A model generated the notes under the pieces. The model did not search any database, was not told the origin of the DNA, and saw only the letters and a list, made by a program, of their open reading frames with translations. Positions 57,349-64,000 of a stretch of 64,000 bases of DNA are shown piece by piece (position 1 is the first letter of the stretch; the number at the start of each line of letters is the position of its first letter). This DNA comes from a virus. The stretch covers positions 7,824 through 71,823 of IMG/VR virus record IMGVR_UViG_3300033407_000001, one strand, 5' to 3'. Position numbers and translations under genes: made by a program.

Positions 57349-57984
57349 ATGAGCAATGCAATCGACAACAAGAGTATCGTCCGCGACCTTCGCAATGATA
57401 CCGTGGACGTTCAGTCCCGGCACATCGACTGGGCAGCAACACTCGGCGAAGACCTGGAGGGCTGGGAAGCCTTCGAGGCTGTTGATTGCGACGAGTGCGA
57501 CCGGGTCACGGTCCTTACAACGGCCATGGGTGGCGATGAGCATCGCTACATTGAGCCAGAGTTTGAGAATGAAGACGGCGAAGTGGTCGAGAATGAGTGC
57601 ATGGGGCATCTCTACTTTGAAGGCCCAATGATGAATAGCTTTTACCCTTGCCCCTTCAACGATACCGACGAAGCGGCACGGGCGATTGCCAGCCTTCCCC
57701 TCTGTGTGATTGTCCTGCAAGACGGCGAGACCGGCTTTGCCCTCACGGGTGGCGGCATGGACTTGAGCTGGGAGATTTGCGACGCCTACATCCGTTGCGG
57801 TTTCCTTCCCCCATTCCAGTTCTGTTGCCTACCAGACATGGCCGGCAAAGACAGGGAGAGCCGAACTCAGCTCATTCTCACAGCCTGCCAGCGCACAGCC
57901 GATGTCCGGGGGAGCCAAGCCGAGTACCGCCGCATCGAACTTAAGCAGATGGCTACCAAGTACAAGAATCCAAACGCCGCGTAA
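57349..57984 (+). CDS. MGE-type hypothetical protein (LTGGGMDLSWEI..AY motif)
   Basis: Class-B promoter. Confidence 0.8.
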   Translation: MSNAIDNKSIVRDLRNDTVDVQSRHIDWAATLGEDLEGWEAFEAVDCDECDRVTVLTTAMGGDEHRYIEPEFENEDGEVVENECMGHLYFEGPMMNSFYPCPFNDTDEAARAIASLPLCVIVLQDGETGFALTGGGMDLSWEICDAYIRCGFLPPFQFCCLPDMAGKDRESRTQLILTACQRTADVRGSQAEYRRIELKQMATKYKNPNAA

Positions 57985-58160
57985 ACGGCGAGTGGTTGCT
58001 CTAGGTGGCCGGGGAATTCTCCTCGGCCACCGTTTTTGCGTGTGCTCCGATCGGAAAACTCTATGAGTTTTCCTTGTGACAGAAAAGAACTGCCCCCCAA
58101 GGCTATGCTGAACACAACGGCCGAATTGCCACTGATTCAACCCTGGAGGGCAGAAAAGCT

Positions 58161-58580
58161 TTATGAACAGTTGACTGGACAAAAGAGGCCAGAGCTGTAG
58201 CGCCCCGACTGGTATTCCACCCGGTCTGCTGGCATGGCCACAAGTCTTTCAGGGCCATTCTCGCCGGCTATTGTGCCAATTTCAACACAATAGCCATAAT
58301 CATACTCTTTGGGAGCGCGAGTGCGCAGGAGCCCATATTTCTTAGAGTGGTCGATGACCTGCCATTTGCCACTCTTGCCACCGTCGCCAAATAGTGAGCG
58401 GAGACGTTGCTCCATCTCAAAGTAGCCTGGCGATGTCGTTGCCATCGCCTTAGAGGAGAAGGCGCCATCATATCGGCCCAGTTCGCCGATTTCTTGCAGA
58501 GCCCGTACTGTGCTCATATGAACATCAGCGCTTGCTATGAGTGCCTCCTGGTCAATTTCAAATCTGATTATTCTGAACAT
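58161..58580 (-). CDS. Hypothetical protein
   Basis: Class-B promoter; start MFRII. Confidence 0.75.
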   Translation of the reverse strand: MFRIIRFEIDQEALIASADVHMSTVRALQEIGELGRYDGAFSSKAMATTSPGYFEMEQRLRSLFGDGGKSGKWQVIDHSKKYGLLRTRAPKEYDYGYCVEIGTIAGENGPERLVAMPADRVEYQSGRYSSGLFCPVNCS

Positions 58581-58658
58581 GCATAGTAAACACTTCAGGA
58601 ATCTGAAAATTTCAGCAGATTCTTTGAAATTACACAAAGGCTGAGGTGTTTACTGGGC

Positions 58659-59024
58659 ATGGGCAATAGAGCCCACCCGAATCAACCGGCCCCGCGAGGG
58701 TGTCCGACCGAAAGTAGGTTGCTGATGTTTGTGATGGATGGGGATGTAATCCCGGTTAGTCTTGATGAGTCGATTGATCGAATCGTTGCCTTACAGAATG
58801 AGCGCAAGCTCCTGAATGCGAAGATCGACAATCTCAAAGCAGTGGCAAAGCTTCACTTGAAGAAGCTTGAGGTCACTGAGTACGAAGCGCCCTCTGGCCA
58901 CTCTGCGAAGTATTCGTCTAAGCAGATGCCAAAGTATGACAAGGAGGCAATCCTTGAGCTTACAGGTGAGGACTTCGCCCTCTGTGTGAGCTTCACGAAC
59001 GTCACAGCGTTCACGGTCAAGTAG
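58659..59024 (+). CDS. Hypothetical protein
   Basis: Class-B promoter. Confidence 0.72.
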   Translation: MGNRAHPNQPAPRGCPTESRLLMFVMDGDVIPVSLDESIDRIVALQNERKLLNAKIDNLKAVAKLHLKKLEVTEYEAPSGHSAKYSSKQMPKYDKEAILELTGEDFALCVSFTNVTAFTVK

Positions 59025-59124
59025 GCCAGTCAGGCGGGGAGAGATCCCCGCCCTCTTTGCTTGTGTGACATTGGAAAACTCAATGAGTTTTCCGACTCCC
59101 CGGCGAGGCCGAGGCCCCGAAGGG

Positions 59125-59586
59125 TTAGGCCCATACGATGAGCCTGTCACCTGCCCGCTCGCACGTTGCTAGCAATTGCTCGCAGCGCTGGCGGAGATAG
59201 CCGCCCTCGCGTCCCATGGTGATGAATCGATCCGAGTTCTCAAGGCCCATGGACTCGGCCCGCTCGTCATTGCTCATGGGAGCATCGTGGTTGCGCTCCA
59301 CGTCCCACAGACGACGGCGCAGCATTGGTGCCAGTTCTTTGGCAGGAATCTCCCCACAGTAGTCAACCGTGAGATTGAGCCAGCGCAAGAGATCGAGCGC
59401 GTTGCCATTGGCCATGTTGATCTCCGCATCGCAGATATCACACGAGTACATTTCTGGTGTGTCCTGGTCAAGCTTCCAGGCAGCATCGCAATCGTCGCAC
59501 CATCGGCGCGAGCAATCACAGGACTCAGCGGGCTCAGTGTAGCCCTTGGACTCGTTCTTGACTCCGATGAAGAATGTTATGCTCAT
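59125..59586 (-). CDS. Hypothetical Cys-rich protein
   Basis: Class-B promoter; hairpin after the stop. Confidence 0.78.
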   Translation of the reverse strand: MSITFFIGVKNESKGYTEPAESCDCSRRWCDDCDAAWKLDQDTPEMYSCDICDAEINMANGNALDLLRWLNLTVDYCGEIPAKELAPMLRRRLWDVERNHDAPMSNDERAESMGLENSDRFITMGREGGYLRQRCEQLLATCERAGDRLIVWA

Positions 59587-59664
59587 ATATTGTAAACACC
59601 TCAGCTCTTGCAGAATTTCAGCGAATAGTCTGAAATTCCAGCTGCCCTCAAGTGTTTACTAGGC

Positions 59665-60180
59665 ATGAGCACAATAACCGCACGATACGTCGATACCTGT
59701 CTGTCTGATTACCTTCAGGACAGTTACTCTCGCCCAGGCCAGGCTCTTTGCCTTGCATCTCTTGGGTGTTCCATTGAGCAGACCGTTGAGGAGTTGCTCA
59801 ATTCCCTTGATGATTCCGACAGCGGGTTCCCTGAGACCATCGGCAACGATGAGATCAAGGAGGTACTGGCCGAGGCTATTGAGGCTATCGATCTCCGTTA
59901 CATCGATGAGAACGGCAACCGATGCCAGACTCCTCCCGAGGAAGATCGTGATTGCGAGGAGCCGATGCTCTATGTCCTCATTGAGTGGGATGCCAGTGTG
60001 GTCAAGCTCCGCATGACCGTCGATGTCGAATACCAAGCGAATGGAGTGGACTCGTATGAACTCAAGCTCATGCTTGAAGATGCGATCCGCCAGGCCTCGG
60101 CCAATGGTGCTCTTACTGGCGGCACGGGTGCCACCGTAACATCATGGGGAGCGAGCGCCGAGGTAGTACCCGAGGAGTAG
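59665..60180 (+). CDS. Acidic hypothetical protein
   Basis: Class-B promoter; UUCG hairpins at 60181-60200. Confidence 0.8.
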   Translation: MSTITARYVDTCLSDYLQDSYSRPGQALCLASLGCSIEQTVEELLNSLDDSDSGFPETIGNDEIKEVLAEAIEAIDLRYIDENGNRCQTPPEEDRDCEEPMLYVLIEWDASVVKLRMTVDVEYQANGVDSYELKLMLEDAIRQASANGALTGGTGATVTSWGASAEVVPEE

Positions 60181-60200
60181 CCCTTCGGGGCTTCGGCCCC
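60181..60200 (+). terminator. Overlapping UUCG hairpins followed by the GGAAAACTC palindrome
   Basis: CCCTTCGGGG / GGGGCTTCGGCCCC; no U-tract. Confidence 0.55.
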
Positions 60201-60286
60201 CCTGGGAATTGGAAAACTCTAAGAGTTTTCCGACCTACGCAAACGCTTGCGCGGCGAGGAGTTACCCTGCCGCGCAGCCCGCCCGC

Positions 60287-60697
60287 CTATTCCTTGAGTA
60301 GCGCATTGCATTTGTCGCAATTGGCAACGAAGTGCCGATCGAGCCAGGCAACAGTTTCGCCCTGTGTCTCATTGCCGCACAGTGGCAAGCTATCGTTGTC
60401 CATGTCGGGTATATGGCGCGGAGCGTCATATACTTCGACTCGGAAATAGCCCTCGGGGTCAATCCAAACGTCAACAGGGCTGGAGAGTGTCCCGCAGGTA
60501 TCTGTTTCCTCAATTTTCTCAAGCACGGTTTCGGCAGTCAAGAATTGAGGTTCACACCCGAACACCTCACGGGCTAGCTCGGCGTAGCGTTCTTCAGGCA
60601 TGGCGTTGATCGCCTGCTCGACCGTGAATGGTCGTTCCTGGCTGAACTCGTCGTCGGAGATGAAGAATTCGGGGCTGAATGATAGTGAGTAGCTCAT
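60287..60697 (-). CDS. Hypothetical protein
   Basis: Class-B promoter. Confidence 0.78.
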   Translation of the reverse strand: MSYSLSFSPEFFISDDEFSQERPFTVEQAINAMPEERYAELAREVFGCEPQFLTAETVLEKIEETDTCGTLSSPVDVWIDPEGYFRVEVYDAPRHIPDMDNDSLPLCGNETQGETVAWLDRHFVANCDKCNALLKE

Positions 60698-60818
60698 ATA
60701 TAGTAAACACTTCAGGACTTACGGAATTTCAGTAAAAGATCAGCAAACGCAGTGCTTTATGAGTTTTCCAATTCGGAACGCAAAAACCGCCCCGAAGGGC
60801 GGCGCGGTCTGGCTCCTG

Positions 60819-61034
60819 CTATGCTGGGAGTAGCAGATGGCCCTGTTTGCGAATCTTCCCAGCTTCCACCAGGGTTCCGACGATGGTATTGAACTGCTCA
60901 AGAGAGCATCCGATGCCCATGAGAGTCGCGTACAGATGGCCGGCTGGTAGGCCCTGCTCGCCCAATTCCTCGACTGTTTCAACAATTGCCGAGGCGATTG
61001 CCATGAGTGCTTTGATTGCTTGTGTGTTGCTCAT
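60819..61034 (-). CDS. Small winged-helix-like protein
   Basis: G.LYATLMG..CSLEQFNTIVGTLVEAGKI; class-B promoter. Confidence 0.7.
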   Translation of the reverse strand: MSNTQAIKALMAIASAIVETVEELGEQGLPAGHLYATLMGIGCSLEQFNTIVGTLVEAGKIRKQGHLLLPA

Positions 61035-61112
61035 ATTATGTAAACACTTGGGGACTGATAGAATTTCAGCGAAAAGAGTGAAATTCTAGCCTGGCTGGCG
61101 TGTTTATTAACC

Positions 61113-61697
61113 ATGAGCAAAACCACCAAAACCATCCGAATCCGCCTCGATGATGATGCTGAGTCGCCGCGTGAATATGCCGGCGAATTCAGCACCATGG
61201 CTTGCTGGCACAACCGTTACAACCTTGGCGACGTACAGCCCCGCGAAGAGCCGCAAGAATGGCTCAAGGAGAATGCGCCCAAGGGCTCCGTGGTTCTTTG
61301 CCTGTATCTCTACGATCACAGCGGAATTACCATGAGCACTGGCCCGTTTTCTTGCGGCTGGGATTCTGGCCCTGTTGGCTACATTGTGTCAACGCCAGAG
61401 CAGATTCGCGCAACCTTTATGGTCAAGCGTATCACCAAAAAGATTCGTGAGCAGGTCACGAAGAATCTCGAAAATGAGGTCAAGGTTTACGCGGAATATC
61501 TCGAAGGCAATGTCTATGGTTTTGAAATCATTGAGACAACCGAGTGTGACTCATGCCAACACGGGGAGCCAGAAGTGATTGACTCGTGTTGGGGATTCAT
61601 TGGCAACGATTGGGCGCTTGAAGCTATGGCCGACCATATCGACCCGGAGCTTCGCCCTCAGCTTGAGCAGGCTTGGGAAAATAGGTTCGACGGCTAG
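61113..61697 (+). CDS. Conserved phage hypothetical protein (SPRE...H.RY.LGD; YLYDHSG...WDSG motifs)
   Basis: Class-B promoter. Confidence 0.82.
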   Translation: MSKTTKTIRIRLDDDAESPREYAGEFSTMACWHNRYNLGDVQPREEPQEWLKENAPKGSVVLCLYLYDHSGITMSTGPFSCGWDSGPVGYIVSTPEQIRATFMVKRITKKIREQVTKNLENEVKVYAEYLEGNVYGFEIIETTECDSCQHGEPEVIDSCWGFIGNDWALEAMADHIDPELRPQLEQAWENRFDG

Positions 61698-61791
61698 GCC
61701 CTTCGGGGCTGCGGCCCCAGGTCGCCTGAGTTTTCCTGTAAGAGAATGAGATCTCAGTGAAATTCCACAAGAGCTGAGGTGTTTACTAGAT

Positions 61792-62097
61792 ATGAGCAAC
61801 ACCGACGAACAGCAAGAAACAATCGAAGAAGAGGCACGCCAGATCATGGTGGAGATCCTCTATCATCACTTCGGCGATGATTTCATTACATCGGATCGCG
61901 TTGACGGTTCAGTCTGCGGCGGAGATCCGCACGGATGGACTCAGGGCGCGGTGGCAACAATTCTCACTGAGAGCTGCTTGCCAGATCCGGTCTATGGTCC
62001 TGTTGAGGCATGGTGCCGAGTATTCGAGGATGCTGCCGAGCGTGGCCTACACTGCGAGCCAATCAATGGGGCGGTGATCGGAGTCTACCCCCTCTAA
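61792..62097 (+). CDS. Hypothetical protein
   Basis: Class-B promoter. Confidence 0.78.
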   Translation: MSNTDEQQETIEEEARQIMVEILYHHFGDDFITSDRVDGSVCGGDPHGWTQGAVATILTESCLPDPVYGPVEAWCRVFEDAAERGLHCEPINGAVIGVYPL

Positions 62098-62189
62098 GGG
62101 AAGGGGCTTCGGCCCTGTTTGCCCTGAGTTTTCCTTGAACTTATTGATTCACAGCTGAAATTCTAGCGCTTCTGAAGTGTTTACTAGAT

Positions 62190-62435
62190 ATGAGCAACAC
62201 CGGAAATCAATTCAGACTTATCGATCGTGGCAGCGGAGCATGGTCCGCTATCCTGAAGCGTAAGGCTGGAAGCCTTGCCGTACGGGTCATCACCGAACAG
62301 GGTGGCTATCGCATCGACTTTACCAAGAGCGTCGGCGCGGCTTGGCAACCCTGGGAGCCTATCGCGACCACTGTCTTTTCTACCTTCGACGAAGCCGAGA
62401 AGGCTCTACGAAGTTCTGTTACCGGGCTCCTGTAA
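62190..62435 (+). CDS. Hypothetical protein
   Basis: Class-B promoter; UUCG hairpin at 62440. Confidence 0.75.
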   Translation: MSNTGNQFRLIDRGSGAWSAILKRKAGSLAVRVITEQGGYRIDFTKSVGAAWQPWEPIATTVFSTFDEAEKALRSSVTGLL

Positions 62436-62576
62436 CTGCAGGGGCTTCGGCCCTTGTGCGAATTGGAAAACTCTATAAGTTTTCCTGCCTGCACAGTAAA
62501 AAGAGCGAGGGGATTGGACTTTGTACACTCGGGCCGGAGCCACTCGGACATAGTACACACACCCCTCACTCAAAAC

Positions 62577-62777
62577 CTACTCGGCGGCAGCTTGCTCCTC
62601 TTCGCGGTCCCGGCACAATTCCTCGAATTGCTCTTCGGTGTATTTGAACTGCGAGCAGAGGTCGCGCAAGTCCTGGTCATCTTCACAGATGAGAAGGTCT
62701 CGGTAAAGGTGCTCAGTATTGAGGACATGGAGGCTCAGCTCTTGTTCCCCGTACATTGTGATGTCTATCTTGCTCAT
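62577..62777 (-). CDS. Small acidic protein
   Basis: Class-B promoter (divergent pair). Confidence 0.75.
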   Translation of the reverse strand: MSKIDITMYGEQELSLHVLNTEHLYRDLLICEDDQDLRDLCSQFKYTEEQFEELCRDREEEQAAAE

Positions 62778-62855
62778 ATTCAGTAAACACCTCAGCTCGC
62801 CTAGAATTTCAGCGAATTGTCTGAAATTCTATCGGCTCCCAGGTGTTTACTAGAT

Positions 62856-63680
62856 ATGAGCAACACAAAACAATTTGGTGAGTCCGGTGTCTGGCGCGGC
62901 TGGGTTGAACTCGGCGGCGATATCAACTGGGAGGAGCATGGCGGCAAGTGGTGTCGCAAAGATCCGAATCTTTCTCGCGTGTTCTACGTGATTGAGCATA
63001 TGAATCTCGTTGAGTGCATGGGCGAGCGCGATGTCGAGGCCGGCGGCCTTGATAAATACGTGAGTAGCATCTCACGGATCGATCTCGATGAGATCCCGGA
63101 GTCTGAAGTGGAATCCGCGCTTGAGTCATGCGGCATCGAACTCGCCAACTATGACAGCGACGAGACTGATCTTGTTGTCGTTGAAGCTCTCACGGGCTAC
63201 GGATGCGCGGCCCCCATGGGAGAGTATTCAGATCCATCCTATCCCGAGCGGTCACGGGCGGCAGCAAGGCGCGAAGTCGAGGAGCTTATCGCCGATTCCG
63301 TCAAGTGCGAGGATATGCTTGACCGGCCAGTGAATGCCATCGGTTCCACGGCCAGGGACTTCGGCCAGGGTAACATCATGGCGGGGCTTGACCGATACAA
63401 GGTGGAGCAAGAGACAAGGGCTCTGAAGGTCCGACTCAAGAGGGTTCCCAGCGATGACCCGATTGCATTCGCTCATGGATTCCAGACGGGTTGCGCTGGC
63501 GGTGCATTCCCCGCCGATGAGAGTGACCTGGCCCCAGAATGGCTCAGAGGGCATGAGCTTGGGCTTAAGGTCCGCAACGGTGACGAGGACATTCGCGAGC
63601 TGAATCACTGGGTAGAGCCGGATACGAGCAACACCTCCATGGATCTCATGGTCAAGCTGCAAAGCGCGGCAAGAAACTAA
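62856..63680 (+). CDS. Acidic hypothetical protein
   Basis: Class-B promoter. Confidence 0.8.
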   Translation: MSNTKQFGESGVWRGWVELGGDINWEEHGGKWCRKDPNLSRVFYVIEHMNLVECMGERDVEAGGLDKYVSSISRIDLDEIPESEVESALESCGIELANYDSDETDLVVVEALTGYGCAAPMGEYSDPSYPERSRAAARREVEELIADSVKCEDMLDRPVNAIGSTARDFGQGNIMAGLDRYKVEQETRALKVRLKRVPSDDPIAFAHGFQTGCAGGAFPADESDLAPEWLRGHELGLKVRNGDEDIRELNHWVEPDTSNTSMDLMVKLQSAARN

Positions 63681-63685
63681 ACACT

Positions 63686-63720
63686 CGGCGGGGGTCGGAA
63701 TTGCCGGCCCCCGCCGTTTT
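63686..63720 (+). terminator. Intrinsic terminator, possibly bidirectional
   Basis: CGGCGGGGGTCGG-AATTG-CCGGCCCCCGCCG-TTTT between convergent genes. Confidence 0.75.
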
Positions 63721-63762
63721 GCTGTACAGAATAGGAAAACTCTAAGAGTTTTCCTTCCCGCG

Positions 63763-63933
63763 CTACCGCCGCCAGTTCTCCTTGACTTGTTCCCATGCCT
63801 CAATCAGCTCGGCTTCGGCTTGTTCCATCTTAGCCCATGAGCGCTGGACCATTGGGTCATTCTCAACTTCATAGACGATAGACCAAAATATGCGGCGAAC
63901 CTTCCAGTAAAGAAGGAGAACGAAGTTACTCAT
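63763..63933 (-). CDS. Small hypothetical protein
   Basis: Class-B promoter; start MSNFVLL. Confidence 0.65.
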   Translation of the reverse strand: MSNFVLLLYWKVRRIFWSIVYEVENDPMVQRSWAKMEQAEAELIEAWEQVKENWRR

Positions 63934-64000
63934 AGTATGTAAACACTTCAGAACCCATGTAATTTCAGGCATTGTTAACTACCGATTTCATTGATGTATT

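Larger units (their letters stand above)
45430..63754. repeat. Palindromic GGAAAACTC-N2/3-GAGTTTTCC family (11 full copies, about 12 half-sites)
   Basis: Full copies, some with 1 mismatch: 45430, 45538, 47322 (N2); 52160, 55252, 56969, 58053, 59073, 60211, 62465, 63734 (N3). Half-sites near 45639, 45660, 47446, 49034, 49331, 49822, 49853, 50834, 53848, 54341, 60759, 61726, 62123. Confidence 0.9.
17575..63967. promoter_or_regulatory. Class-B promoter family TGAAATT-N13-RGTGTTTA-N6(7)-ATG, 36 copies
   Basis: Plus-strand start codons at 47538, 48825, 49101, 49397, 49918, 50442, 50889, 51290, 52363, 53917, 54403, 54588, 56049, 57349, 58659, 59665, 61113, 61792, 62190, 62856. Minus-strand starts at 17574, 19183, 26878, 33718, 36407, 38184, 44131, 44891, 55679, 57270, 58580, 59586, 60697, 61034, 62777, 63933. 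Confidence 0.9.
1..64000. mobile_element. Segment of a large lytic-type dsDNA phage genome (non-structural, nucleotide-metabolism and early-like regions)
   Basis: Tightly packed co-oriented short hypothetical ORFs with ATGA overlaps, phage-typical auxiliary genes (thyA, dCMP deaminase, infC, SNF2 helicase, Nudix, M15 peptidase), repeated phage-specific promoter motifs, no housekeeping operons. Confidence 0.88.

Noticed and set aside
47445-62856. Longer N-terminal ORF-track starts (47445, 49331, 49822, 50376, 55917, 57310, 62817 and similar)
   Set aside because: The extensions translate the promoter or palindrome motifs themselves (e.g. EILxxLRCLL); starts moved to the motif-defined ATG

Overview
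This 64 kb window is a gene-dense segment of a large (jumbo-like) dsDNA bacteriophage with roughly mid-50s % GC (estimated by eye). No virion structural genes are present. A Myxococcota or deltaproteobacterial host is only an inference from the IF-3 sequence. Bases 1-45 kb are almost all minus-strand genes: a type V-M (Cas12m-like, predicted RuvC-dead) effector with an 11-repeat degenerate CRISPR array at the left edge, dCMP deaminase, an M15 peptidase (endolysin-like), infC, an SNF2 helicase, two Nudix hydrolases, thyA, a MazG-like protein, a DEDDh RNase, a phosphoesterase, a small tyrosine recombinase and many small hypothetical genes. After a strand switch at about 45.5 kb lies a modular early-gene-like region of short cassettes. 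The main find is that the CRISPR repeat also occurs as three solitary units far from the array (5255-5290 +, 33075-33110 -, 45058-45093 -). Each has a candidate promoter, and two carry a compensatorily mutated stem. The sequence after one of them matches a TTC-flanked site in the 3' end of the neighbouring recombinase gene. This suggests a dispersed, non-cutting Cas12m guide network or RNA anti-CRISPRs. Other hidden structure: a 36-copy promoter-like motif at a fixed distance from start codons (leaderless mRNAs, alongside a phage IF-3), a second TTGACAATT promoter class, about 23 GGAAAACTC/GAGTTTTCC sites confined to the right third, a 16-bp GC palindrome in 5-6 copies, a bistable three-way-junction RNA upstream of the endolysin-like gene, and a DnaA-box/AT-rich region between two paralogous winged-helix genes. 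All family assignments come from motif recognition by eye; no searches were run.
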